A stretch of DNA of 28,825 nucleotides from an uncultured bacterium (GCA_965371515.1 CBDUYR010000032.1:1-28825); one strand, 5' to 3'. Counted from the stretch's first letter, positions 1 to 9,119 are shown. Program-made: numbers and translations. The notes: a model not told the origin generated them from the letters alone.

Positions 1-16
1 CTTTTCCGATCACGTA

Positions 17-517
17 CTATTTCATCAGCGGGATCTCGGCCATCAGCTCGTAATTCAGTACGGCGCGGATCTTGTTCTCGATCTGTATGTAGCGTACCAC
101 TTTTTTGCCGGGCAGCACCTTGGAGAATTTGGTGATGTAGTCCTTCCGCATCTTGATCTTGTCTGCGTCTACCGTCATTGACTCCTTGAGCAGCTTCATG
201 GCTGACTCGTCAGTTATAGTATCGGCGTTGTAGCCATCCGCGTAAGACATGATGACCTTGACATACCTCTCGTGTAAGACCTGAAGGTCATTCTGGAATT
301 CCTCGTAGATCGGCCAGAAAGCCTCTGATTCGGCGTCCGTCAGGACCATGTTGGCGGCGACTACGAGTTTCTTGTCCGCCTGGAGTTTCTCGGCGAGGAT
401 CTCCATGTTGGTCTCATCGGCGGTCTTCTCCTGCGCGATCGCCAGACCCGGTCCGAAGGCTGTTATCACGAAAATGGATAACGCAATCATTATCATTGCT
501 GATCTCTGCTTTTTCAT
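17..517 (-). CDS. Secreted/periplasmic alpha-helical hypothetical protein (possibly Spy/CpxP-like)
   Basis: 166 aa; Sec signal peptide (MKKQR...GLAIA|QEK); LTDAESEAFWPIY motif followed by a helical charged body; purine-rich SD-like sequence upstream. Confidence 0.7.
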   Translation of the reverse strand: MKKQRSAMIMIALSIFVITAFGPGLAIAQEKTADETNMEILAEKLQADKKLVVAANMVLTDAESEAFWPIYEEFQNDLQVLHERYVKVIMSYADGYNADTITDESAMKLLKESMTVDADKIKMRKDYITKFSKVLPGKKVVRYIQIENKIRAVLNYELMAEIPLMK

Positions 518-820
518 CTGCTTATTTCCTTTCCCTGGCTTCCTGCCGGTGTCCGGCAGGTTGTAATATTCCTGGATAGATCCGGAACCTTGTTTCTTCG
601 TTCCCGATCACTGGCCGGGCGGATCCGGAATTACTCCTTTCTCAGCTTGTGCCTGGCGTCCTGATTTTGCTGATTGCAGGGAGAACCCATCCATTGAGGT
701 ATTCTGCCCTTTGTTTTCAGTTAAGGATTTAATGAGGGCACCATAATACTGATTTACAGGTTTTGTGAAAAGAACTATTTCAGTCAGCCGTTAAAGGCGT
801 GTCTACGAGGCATTTACGCC

Positions 821-2506
821 TCAATCTCTCGTCAGCGACCGGTACTTTATCCTCTTCGGGATCTCGGCCGCGGCGCCGAGCCTCTTGCGCTTGTTCTTCT
901 CGTAATCGGAGAAGTTGCCCTCGAACCAGTGTGTTTTGCTGTCACCCTCGAAGGCGAGGATGTGGGTCGCAATGCGATCGAGGAACCACCTGTCATGGCT
1001 GATCACCACTGCGCATCCGCCGAAGTTCTCGAGGGCCTCCTCGAGGGCGCGCATCGTGTTGACGTCGAGGTCGTTGGTCGGCTCGTCGAGCAGGATGACA
1101 TTGGCGCCTTTCTGCAGGACCATCGCGAGATTGACCCTGTTTCGCTCGCCTCCCGAGAGGATCCCGACCTTCTTCGACTGGTCGGAACCTGAGAAGTTGA
1201 ACCGTGCCACGTAGGCGCGGGAGTTTATCTCTCTTGTGCCGAGCGGGAGTATGTCCCTGCCGCCGGAGATCTGTTCCCAGATAGATTTTTCGGGGTCGAG
1301 ATTCTCTCTCGACTGGTCGACGTAGGCGAGTTTTACCGTCTCGCCGATCCTGATATCCCCCGAATCTGGCGTCTCCTGGCCGTTGATAAGCTTGAACAGG
1401 GTCGTCTTGCCCGCGCCGTTCGCGCCGATGACTCCGACTATTCCTCCGGGGGGGAGCTTGAAGCTGAGGTCCTCGAAGATGACGCGCTCGTCGTAGACCT
1501 TTGATACCTTGTCGGCCTCGATCACCACTCCGCCCAGTCTTGGTCCGGGGGGCACGTAGAGTTCCAGGTCCTTCTGGAGCGTCTCATCCTCCTCGCGCAA
1601 CAGGCTCTCGTATGAGCTGATGCGGGCCTTCGACTTGGTCTGGCGCGCCTTCGGCGACATCCTGATCCACTCGAGCTCTCGCTGGAGTGTCTTCTGCCGC
1701 TGCGACTCATGTTTCTCCTCGAGGGCGAGGCGGTTCTGCTTCTGCTCGAGCCAGGAGGAGTAGTTTCCCTTCCACGGGATCCCTTCGCCGCGGTCGAGTT
1801 CGAGGATCCAGCCGGCGACGTTATCGAGAAAATACCGGTCGTGAGTCACTGCTATGACGGTGCCGGCATATGCCTGCAGGTGATGCTCCAGCCATGCGAC
1901 CGTCTCTGCGTCGAGATGGTTGGTCGGCTCGTCGAGAAGGAGGATGTCCGGTTTCCGGAGGAGCAGGCGGCAGAGGGCGACTCTTCTCTTCTCGCCTCCC
2001 GAGATATACTTGATCTTCATGTCGGGCGGCGGGCAGCGGAGGGCGTCCATCGCCATCTCGAGCCTCGAGTCGAGGTCCCAGGCGTCGAGCGTGTCGATCT
2101 TCTCCTGGATCTTTCCCTGCTCCTCGAGGAGCGCCGTCATCGCATCGTCGTCCATCGGCTCGGCGAACTTCGCGCTTATCTCGTTGAACTTGTTTATGAG
2201 TTCGACCGTCTCGTGGACGCCTTCCTCTATGATCTCCCTGACCGTCTTCTCATCGTCGAGAACGGGCTCCTGCTCGAGGAATCCGACCGAGTAGCCGGGG
2301 GAGGGGAGCGACTCTCCGATAAAATCCCTGTCGACGCCTGCGAGTATCCTCAGGAGCGTGCTCTTGCCCGAGCCGTTGAGGCCGAGCACTCCGATCTTCG
2401 CTCCGTAGAAGTACGAAAGTGAAATATCCTTTAGGATCTGTTTGTTGTTGTGGAACTTGCTTACCCTCATCATCGTGTAGATGATCTTGTTCGGATCGTC
2501 GGCCAT
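821..2506 (-). CDS. ettA: Energy-dependent translational throttle protein EttA (ABC-F ATPase)
   Basis: Two ABC domains (GLNGSGKST, SGGEKRR, LLLDEPTNHLD; GANGAGKTT, SGGERNR, DEPTNDLD); EttA-typical GAKIGVLG, GEGIPWKGNYSSWLEQK and RELEW segments; no transmembrane segments. Confidence 0.96.
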   Translation of the reverse strand: MADDPNKIIYTMMRVSKFHNNKQILKDISLSYFYGAKIGVLGLNGSGKSTLLRILAGVDRDFIGESLPSPGYSVGFLEQEPVLDDEKTVREIIEEGVHETVELINKFNEISAKFAEPMDDDAMTALLEEQGKIQEKIDTLDAWDLDSRLEMAMDALRCPPPDMKIKYISGGEKRRVALCRLLLRKPDILLLDEPTNHLDAETVAWLEHHLQAYAGTVIAVTHDRYFLDNVAGWILELDRGEGIPWKGNYSSWLEQKQNRLALEEKHESQRQKTLQRELEWIRMSPKARQTKSKARISSYESLLREEDETLQKDLELYVPPGPRLGGVVIEADKVSKVYDERVIFEDLSFKLPPGGIVGVIGANGAGKTTLFKLINGQETPDSGDIRIGETVKLAYVDQSRENLDPEKSIWEQISGGRDILPLGTREINSRAYVARFNFSGSDQSKKVGILSGGERNRVNLAMVLQKGANVILLDEPTNDLDVNTMRALEEALENFGGCAVVISHDRWFLDRIATHILAFEGDSKTHWFEGNFSDYEKNKRKRLGAAAEIPKRIKYRSLTRD

Positions 2507-2549
2507 TCATTCACCCCTGTAATCTTCGATCAGTGACTCCGGCTGATTA

Positions 2550-2846
2550 TCAGATTTCCTCGGTCAGCTCGAGGAATTTCTTGTATGGTATGGCAATCAG
2601 GCTTTCCGACGAAAAGGCCCCGTTCGAGAGACTTATCATCGAGACCTTCGCCGCCGTGTTTTCGTCTGGTGCCTCGTAGATGTCGATGAAGTCATATGCC
2701 CCGAGCAGCGCGTAATGGGAGATGAAAGTCACCTCCGGGCATTTCTCCTTTACCTGATCGAGCCAGGCCCTGCCGAGCTTTGCCCGGTCCTTGACCTGCC
2801 TACTTACCTCAGGCGAGAGCTTCGTGAGCAGAATGTAAGTCTGCAT
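2550..2846 (-). CDS. GYD-domain protein (small ferredoxin-like fold, function unknown)
   Basis: 98 aa; M-x-TYILL start, LLGAYDFIDIYEAPD motif; SD aggagg upstream. Confidence 0.85.
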   Translation of the reverse strand: MQTYILLTKLSPEVSRQVKDRAKLGRAWLDQVKEKCPEVTFISHYALLGAYDFIDIYEAPDENTAAKVSMISLSNGAFSSESLIAIPYKKFLELTEEI

Positions 2847-2939
2847 GAGTCGCCTCCTTTTAAATAATTGATCCCTGGAAGATTTCCACTCGCTGATTAT
2901 CTCACAGAACGCCGCGGATTCCGCAAATTATTCGAATGA

Positions 2940-3266
2940 TCATTTCTGCCAGACGGCGTGGCCCCTGCGGCGCAGTATCCTCGCCAGTTCGGCCTCCATC
3001 TCCTGCGCGTCCGAGTATGAGAGCGGATTGTACTCATCGTACAGCATCGGGCACAACCGCAGGCCGTATTCCCTCACGTACCGGTTCGATTTATACCCTT
3101 CCTTGTGATTCTCGAACCTCATCTCGGGGGAGAGCCCGGTCATGCCAACGTAGTAGCATTTCCCGTCGGGATCGCAGCCGGGATTGGCCTTCTGAAACCT
3201 CGCTTGCTTCCGGACGGTTTCGTCCAGCTCGACTACATATACGTTGTGATGCTTCTTCCGGGGCAT
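2940..3266 (-). CDS. Stand-alone GIY-YIG nuclease-superfamily protein
   Basis: Start reassigned to ATG 3266 (MPRKKHHNVYVVEL) behind a GGAGG SD; VYVV...YYVGMTG..PEMRFENH...E motifs; 108 aa. Confidence 0.8.
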   Translation of the reverse strand: MPRKKHHNVYVVELDETVRKQARFQKANPGCDPDGKCYYVGMTGLSPEMRFENHKEGYKSNRYVREYGLRLCPMLYDEYNPLSYSDAQEMEAELARILRRRGHAVWQK

Positions 3267-3385
3267 CGCTGATATCCTCCTGTCGATTCCCGATATCACA
3301 CAAATAGTACTTGGTTTCGTCGAAAGAATACATATATTAGCCGGACGAAACGGGTTGCGGAACCGGGCGAATAGAGAGAACGATA

Positions 3386-4078
3386 ATGAAGATCGCATAT
3401 ACAGGACTGGACCTGCCCGAAGGCAAGGTAAGATTCGAGGACCCCGTCGTCCATTCGCTGACAGCGAAGTTCTCGCCGAAGAAGGTCACGCCGTACTATT
3501 TCGAGTTCATCGGTGATGACTTCGAATCGGCCGACATGATCGTCGTAGCGCGGGACCGGGTGCTCGATCTGCTGATATACGACATCGAAAAGCTTGAGAC
3601 CCGACTCGAGCGCAGCGACGACGAGCAGGAGCGCGTCGCGCTGGCTGCGGTTCTCTCTGAGCTGGAGAACGAGGTCCCTGTATGTGATATGGACCTTGAC
3701 GATTCGGCGGCGGCATACATGCGCCAGATCGGGCCTCTGAGCCTCAAACCAGTTCTGATCGTTGATTCCGATTCGATAGATATCCAGGAGCTCCTTCCTT
3801 TCGCTCTGGAGAAGTCGGGCATGATGTTCTTCTATACATCCGGTGTGCAGGAAGTGCATGCCTGGCTCGTAAGCAGGGGGTTCGATGCCCAGGAATGCGC
3901 CGGCAGGATCCACTCAGACCTGGCGCGAGGCTTCGTCAAGGCCGAGATCGTCTCCGTCGACGACCTGCTCCAGTGCCACAGCATGGCGGACGCCCGCAAG
4001 CGCGGTCTCAGCCGTCTGGTCGACCGCAACTTCATCATCCCTTCCGACATGGTCCTCGATATCCGGTTCAATATCTGA
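3386..4078 (+). CDS. Shortened YchF/OLA1 homolog (DUF933/TGS domain) lacking G-motifs
   Basis: C-terminal FYTSGVQEVHAW and AGRIHSDLARGFVKAE match the YchF TGS domain; LSLKPVLIV and DIEKLETRLER match the YchF core; no GxxxxGKS or DxxG. Confidence 0.88.
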   Translation: MKIAYTGLDLPEGKVRFEDPVVHSLTAKFSPKKVTPYYFEFIGDDFESADMIVVARDRVLDLLIYDIEKLETRLERSDDEQERVALAAVLSELENEVPVCDMDLDDSAAAYMRQIGPLSLKPVLIVDSDSIDIQELLPFALEKSGMMFFYTSGVQEVHAWLVSRGFDAQECAGRIHSDLARGFVKAEIVSVDDLLQCHSMADARKRGLSRLVDRNFIIPSDMVLDIRFNI

Positions 4079-4214
4079 TTCAAGATCTGGAGAAAACTGG
4101 ATTGATCTGGAATCGATAAATCCTGACACGCCGGGTCTTTTATCTGGCGTTGACAGCTGCCGTTGTTTGCGTGTTCAATAGGATTGTTCTCAGAAATATC
4201 GAAAGGATCAAACC

Positions 4215-5495
4215 ATGGTCAGCAAGATCATCATCGCGGCTCTCATCATCGTGATCGGTGGACTCGTCGCAAAACTCATCATGGACAATCGGGACGGGTC
4301 CAATGCGGAAGATTACAAGCTCCTGCCGCCGGAGACCCTCAACGTAAGCGATGTCGTGGCATTCATCGACGTGGAGGCAACGACCTTCCGTGTACGAACG
4401 ACCCGGGATGTCCTGCCCGGTGGATACTCTGCGGCTATGACCCCTCTTCTTGTCGACTGGGACAAGTCGGATACATCTCCTGGGGGCGAGATACTGCTTC
4501 TCAACATCAACCACGGCGGCAATCCCGTCTCGGGCGTGACCGAGCTGCGGTCCGCGCTCATCAGGCCGGACAGGATCAAAAAGGTCCAGTTTGTCATGGT
4601 CCCTCTCGGGGGACCGGAGGCTATCTCCCACAGCATGGTCAGGTTCGTCTTCGAAGAAGGAGGCGCCGAGTTTTCAGGTGGCGACAGGGGAGTAGCCGGC
4701 AAACACGAGAAGCTGGAGGATCTTATGATCTCGTGGGAAGCATGGCGCGCTCCCGGCGTCGACTACAAGATGATGAAGGGGATGGATCCGGAGACGTACG
4801 AGCTGACCTGCCGCGCCTATTCCGGGCCGCAGCGCTTCCTCGAGGACGCGTTGATGAACCGCGACTGGAACGTGTTCGAGCTGAATCTTCCCGGGGGAAG
4901 GGAAGGCTACATCGAGCTCCTCAAGGTCGCGCTGGCTCTCGGTGACGGCGCCTCGCGCCATTCGATCGTCTGGATGATCGAGGATGCCGAACGCAAATGG
5001 AAAGAGGAAGGTCTCGATTCCGAGAGTGTGCGTGACGCCGTACCGGAAGTCTGGCGCGCGCTCAAGGAAAGGGCTGGCGCGTCCAGTGCGCCTGACGGCG
5101 ATCCGCGGGCCGATATGACCGGCAAAACGGGTTACCAGTCGCTGATCCGATCCTGCGCGACGATGGCCCTCTATTCGGTCGACCTGACCGTGGCGAGGCT
5201 GATAGAGGCTGGCTACCCGCACGAGGGAATGCGGCCGACACAGAACCCCGAGATGCAGGAAGAGCTGGCCTGGATGGTGGAGCTCGGGAGCGCGGACATC
5301 GCCGGCATCCTGAAGCGGACCCCGAAGGCCCTCTCGTACGCGCGCGAGAATCCTACGGTCATCCCGGGAAACATCCCCAAAGCACTCGAGGAAGCCGGCC
5401 TTTTCGTGATGGAGAACGGCAAGCCCTGGAACAAACGGTACTCGATGATGGCCGAGACGCCCTGGGGCCACAGGTGGCAGTTGCTGATCAGGTGA
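4215..5495 (+). CDS. Membrane-anchored DUF4105-like (Lnb N-terminal / papain-like) domain protein
   Basis: N-terminal TM helix; ISHSMVRFVF, LMISWEAWR..G.DY.MMKG..TYEL and YQSLIRSCAT resemble the DUF4105 His/Glu/Cys motifs. Confidence 0.65.
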   Translation: MVSKIIIAALIIVIGGLVAKLIMDNRDGSNAEDYKLLPPETLNVSDVVAFIDVEATTFRVRTTRDVLPGGYSAAMTPLLVDWDKSDTSPGGEILLLNINHGGNPVSGVTELRSALIRPDRIKKVQFVMVPLGGPEAISHSMVRFVFEEGGAEFSGGDRGVAGKHEKLEDLMISWEAWRAPGVDYKMMKGMDPETYELTCRAYSGPQRFLEDALMNRDWNVFELNLPGGREGYIELLKVALALGDGASRHSIVWMIEDAERKWKEEGLDSESVRDAVPEVWRALKERAGASSAPDGDPRADMTGKTGYQSLIRSCATMALYSVDLTVARLIEAGYPHEGMRPTQNPEMQEELAWMVELGSADIAGILKRTPKALSYARENPTVIPGNIPKALEEAGLFVMENGKPWNKRYSMMAETPWGHRWQLLIR

Positions 5496-5516
5496 TCGAA
5501 CAACAGGGAGAGAATC

Positions 5517-6725
5517 TTGATAAAAGGCATAAGATCGATCGTACTGTTTGTATTGTTTCTCATTATTTCCTGTCCGACGGAAGCGGTGTTGACGGTCTAC
5601 ACGGACGAGGCAGCCTATCTCTCCGACCTCGCCATCCTGGGCTACAGGAATATTTTCGAAGGTTTCGAGGACGACCTGGTCTGGGGATCCGTCCGGACCA
5701 CTATCAGCGACCAGAATTACGCGCCTGTCATCATAAGCCAGGGTATCACATGGACGTCGAATCACGCCGAAAACCAGATAACCACAAGCTCGGGCCCTGC
5801 ATTGACGGGTCTATGGGGTTTCTATTCCATGCCTCATGGAAATTTTTCAACGGGTACCGGATGCGACCTTCCCGGCATGTGCGGTGACGGCTTCATCGGT
5901 ACCAGAGCGGACACGATCTATGCGGTCGGCGGATGGATCACGGGGACATTCGGGGGCAGGCTCAATCTGGTCCTCGACGGGGACACGCTCAACGCTATCG
6001 ATTTCCAGGAGCAGAACGCGCTTACGAACGCACACCAGTTTTTCGGCGCTATCGAGACCGGTGGATTTATCACCTTCGAGTTTCGTGAAATGGAAGGAAC
6101 GGCCGAGGATCAGAAATTCATGTGGGCCGACGATTTTACCTTTGGATTACCCCTGTCGTCCGCGGTACTGATCTCGAATTTTACCGCAGGCGTGACCGCT
6201 GATGGTGTCGAGCTCACCTGGCAGATCTCCGCCGACGAGCCGATAACCGGCCTCAGAATATACCGAAGAAATACAGCCACCGGGAATGTCGTATCCCTTC
6301 CCGAAGGCGGGCTGCTTCTTCCATCGGTGGAGAGTTTTACAGACACGGAATTCCTTCCGGGAGGTGAATATATATATTCGCTTGCCGTTGTCAGGCCGGA
6401 TGGTTCGGAGGTCGGCTCGCTCGAGATGAAAGTCATGATAAAGATCGCTCCCGCCTGCCTGTATCAGAATTTCCCGAATCCCTTCAATCCCCATACGACG
6501 ATCAGGTATTACGTGGACAGCGATGCCTACGTGTCCCTGAGTATCTACGATGTCGGGGGCAGGCATATGCGGACCCTGGCAGATCGCCGGCTGACCCCCG
6601 GGGAGTATGTCGATCGATGGGATGGAAGGGATGTGGCAGGGAATCCCGCCGTGAGCGGGATATATTTCTACCGGCTCAGAGTCGGGAAAAAAGTGCTCAC
6701 CAGGAAGATGGTCCTGCTCAAGTAG
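5517..6725 (+). CDS. Secreted protein with Ig/FN3-like segment and FlgD-like / T9SS type-A-like C-terminal domain
   Basis: TTG start with SD; signal peptide; VLISNFTA...VELTW segment; LYQNFPNPFNPHTTIRY...IYDVGGR...WDGRD..G..VSGIYFYRL...RKMVLLK C-terminus. Confidence 0.88.
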   Translation: MIKGIRSIVLFVLFLIISCPTEAVLTVYTDEAAYLSDLAILGYRNIFEGFEDDLVWGSVRTTISDQNYAPVIISQGITWTSNHAENQITTSSGPALTGLWGFYSMPHGNFSTGTGCDLPGMCGDGFIGTRADTIYAVGGWITGTFGGRLNLVLDGDTLNAIDFQEQNALTNAHQFFGAIETGGFITFEFREMEGTAEDQKFMWADDFTFGLPLSSAVLISNFTAGVTADGVELTWQISADEPITGLRIYRRNTATGNVVSLPEGGLLLPSVESFTDTEFLPGGEYIYSLAVVRPDGSEVGSLEMKVMIKIAPACLYQNFPNPFNPHTTIRYYVDSDAYVSLSIYDVGGRHMRTLADRRLTPGEYVDRWDGRDVAGNPAVSGIYFYRLRVGKKVLTRKMVLLK

Positions 6726-6735
6726 GATCCTGTAT

Positions 6736-7515
6736 TTATTTGATCGCTTCGATGGTCGCAGAGCGGACGTAATCTTCGATGTCCATTCCGGGGAACCACT
6801 CGTTTATAAACGCTTTGCTTGCCTCGTTGATCACGATTTTTACTTCACTGAATCCCGCCTCTTTCAGCATCTCCTCGTACAGCGAGGTCGTTACCGATCC
6901 TGCGACACATCCCGCGTAGGCGATAAAATCGTTCTTGATGCTTGCGGGGAGGTCGCGGACCGTGACGACGTCGGAAATGGCCAGGCGCCCGCCGCTTTTC
7001 AGGACGCGGTATGATTCCCTCATCACCTGCGGCTTGTCGGGGGAGAGGTTGATGACGCAGTTCGAGATGATCATGTCGACCGTGTTGTCTGCGACGGGAA
7101 GGTGTTCGATCTCGCCGAGTCGGAAATCTACGTTGACGAATCCGCCCTCGATCGCTCCCTGCCTCGCCTTGAGGAGCATCTCGGGGGTCATGTCAACGCC
7201 TATGACGCGTCCGGTATCGCCGACCTTCATGGACGCGAGGAAACAGTCGATGCCGCCGCCGCTGCCGAGATCGAGGACCGTCTCGCCCTCTTTCAGCGAA
7301 GCGATGGCCAGTGGATTGCCGCATCCGAGGCCCATGTTGCTCTCCTCGGGGAGCGCTTCGAGTTCTTCCCTGGAATATCCGAGTTTCTCCGAGACAGCGA
7401 GCGCCTTGGAACCGGACGGTGTGCAGCAGGGCGTTCCGCTGCATCCGCAGGAATCGGCAGTCTCGGCATATCGCTTTCTGACATCGTCTCTTATCTGATC
7501 ATTGTCCTTCTGCAT
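6736..7515 (-). CDS. arsM: Arsenite S-adenosylmethionine methyltransferase
   Basis: N-terminal CGC...CC, MGLGCGNP, SAM motif VLDLGSGGGID, IISNCVINLSPDK, YAGCVAG; ars context. Confidence 0.95.
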   Translation of the reverse strand: MQKDNDQIRDDVRKRYAETADSCGCSGTPCCTPSGSKALAVSEKLGYSREELEALPEESNMGLGCGNPLAIASLKEGETVLDLGSGGGIDCFLASMKVGDTGRVIGVDMTPEMLLKARQGAIEGGFVNVDFRLGEIEHLPVADNTVDMIISNCVINLSPDKPQVMRESYRVLKSGGRLAISDVVTVRDLPASIKNDFIAYAGCVAGSVTTSLYEEMLKEAGFSEVKIVINEASKAFINEWFPGMDIEDYVRSATIEAIK

Positions 7516-7942
7516 TGTCTGGCCCTTTCAGCTGTTCAACGTACTCCCTGATCTCGTCGCGCACCCTTCGGTAGATATCGAGTTTCTCTTCATCGCCCTC
7601 GACCGTCTCGGCCAGGGCAGGCGGATCGTCGAATCCGACATGGACGATCTTTCCGGCGCCTGGGAAGATCGGGCAGTTCTCTCTCGCGTTGTCGCAGACG
7701 GTCACGACGTAATCGAACGCGGTGTCGAGGAATTCCCGGACGTTCTTCGACCTGGCGCCCGAGATGTCCACTCCGGCCTCGGCCATTACCTTGACGGCGT
7801 TCGGATTGAGCCCGTGCGTCTCTGTGCCGGCCGAAACGGCCTCGATGTCGTCGTTCCTGAGTCGTCTGGCCCATCCCTCGGCCATCTGGCTCCTGCATGA
7901 GTTGCCCGTGCAGAGAAAGAGGATCTTCAGTCTCTTGCGCAT
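7499..7942 (-). CDS. arsC: Thioredoxin-coupled arsenate reductase (LMW-PTP fold)
   Basis: ILFLCTGNSCRSQMAEG P-loop, VTVCD...CP resolving cysteines, FDDP; overlaps the arsM start. Confidence 0.95.
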   Translation of the reverse strand: MRKRLKILFLCTGNSCRSQMAEGWARRLRNDDIEAVSAGTETHGLNPNAVKVMAEAGVDISGARSKNVREFLDTAFDYVVTVCDNARENCPIFPGAGKIVHVGFDDPPALAETVEGDEEKLDIYRRVRDEIREYVEQLKGPDNAEGQ

Positions 7943-7945
7943 CGG

Positions 7946-8338
7946 CTAAATACCCTTCACGGGGGAGCGCGCTGCGCAGTATTGCGCGGCGCCGCACCTG
8001 GCGATCTTCCTGAGATATTTCCGGTCGGCCCTGATCTCGATAGAACGGTCCATCGATTCGGCGAGCCAGTCCATCACCGTCACCAACGGTTCCCGTTTTG
8101 CCTTATCCGAGAGCCTGTAGAAGATCCAGCGCCCGTTCTTGCGGCTCTCCACGAGCCCTGCGTTCTGCAGGACGCTTATGTGCCGCGAGATGGTCGCCGG
8201 AGCGAGTCCGAGCATCTCGGTGACCTGGCATACGCAGAGTTCGGTCATCTCCCGAAGGGCTATCACTGTCCTCAGGCGGTTACCGTCTGACAGGGCCTTT
8301 GTTACCGACAAAACCGTATTCATACTTCCGTCTCTCAT
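7946..8338 (-). CDS. arsR: ArsR/SmtB family transcriptional repressor (second ars unit)
   Basis: KALSDGNRL, ELCVCQ metal box, HTH ATISRH, SRKNGRWIFYRL; alternative start ATG at 8323. Confidence 0.92.
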   Translation of the reverse strand: MRDGSMNTVLSVTKALSDGNRLRTVIALREMTELCVCQVTEMLGLAPATISRHISVLQNAGLVESRKNGRWIFYRLSDKAKREPLVTVMDWLAESMDRSIEIRADRKYLRKIARCGAAQYCAARSPVKGI

Positions 8339-8343
8339 GATTC

Positions 8344-8397
8344 TATATTTAGCAAAACAACGAAATGTAATCTAGTATTTTGTCAGGGCCTTGTCAA
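8344..8397 (-). promoter_or_regulatory. Sigma70-type promoter (TTGACA-17-TAGATT) with ArsR operator-like site for arsR-arsC-arsM
   Basis: Minus strand: -35 at 8392-8397, -10 at 8369-8374; imperfect inverted repeat TATTTAGCAAAACAACGAAATG at 8346-8367 immediately downstream of the -10. Confidence 0.75.
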
Positions 8398-8423
8398 GGA
8401 GTGTAATGGTTGATGGGGGCCTC

Positions 8424-9119
8424 TCAGTAGAACGAGAGCCCGAATATGTGCGTCAGGCTGTAGTAGATCCCCGCTGCTATGAAGACTGTTCCGGTGATCC
8501 TTCTCGCCCAGAATTCGAACGCGGCCATCCTGTTGTAGGCTTTTCCAATCCTGTTGGCTCCAGACGCGATAAGGATCGCGAAGAGCAGTACGGGAAGTCC
8601 TGTTCCAATGCCGTAAACGGCGGGGAGGATCACGCCCGATCCGTGCCTGACCGCAAGCGCGAGCAGGCTTCCGAAGAAGAGTGCGGCCGAGACGGGGCAG
8701 AACGAAAGGGCGAAGACGATCCCGAGCAGCAGGGCTCCCCACATGCCGAACCGGTCGACCCTTCGCTGCATTCTGTCGCTGACCCCACCGCCGCGTCGGG
8801 AGAACGAGATCAGTTCGAGCAGGACCATGCCTATGATGATCAGCAGCGGGCCGAGGGCGAGGTTCATGTATTTCTGAAGCATGTGCGAGAGGCGGGGGGC
8901 TGCGAGGAGGCTCGCCACGAGAAGTGCGCCTAGCACGGTGTATGTCAGAGCCCTTCCTGCCGTGTAGAAAAGGCCCGCGCCCAGGACTCTCCGCGGACTG
9001 TCGACCCTGCGGCCGACGTACGAGATCGCCGTGATATTCATCGCCAGCGGGCAGGGGCTGATCGATGTGAGTATTCCCAGCCAGAGCGCCGATGCGGCGG
9101 CAATCATGAACTGATCCAT
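8424..9119 (-). CDS. arsG: ArsG-family permease (DsbD/CcdA-like membrane protein)
   Basis: About 6 TM segments; LGILTSISPCP and ALSFCP cysteine motifs; coupled to upstream arsF by a TGATG overlap. Confidence 0.82.
   Translation of the reverse strand: MDQFMIAAASALWLGILTSISPCPLAMNITAISYVGRRVDSPRRVLGAGLFYTAGRALTYTVLGALLVASLLAAPRLSHMLQKYMNLALGPLLIIIGMVLLELISFSRRGGGVSDRMQRRVDRFGMWGALLLGIVFALSFCPVSAALFFGSLLALAVRHGSGVILPAVYGIGTGLPVLLFAILIASGANRIGKAYNRMAAFEFWARRITGTVFIAAGIYYSLTHIFGLSFY

Noticed and set aside
3267..3398. Longer N-terminal extensions from the ORF track (also 11603, 14173, 16075)
   Set aside because: Downstream ATGs have better SD sequences and coincide with domain or signal-peptide starts
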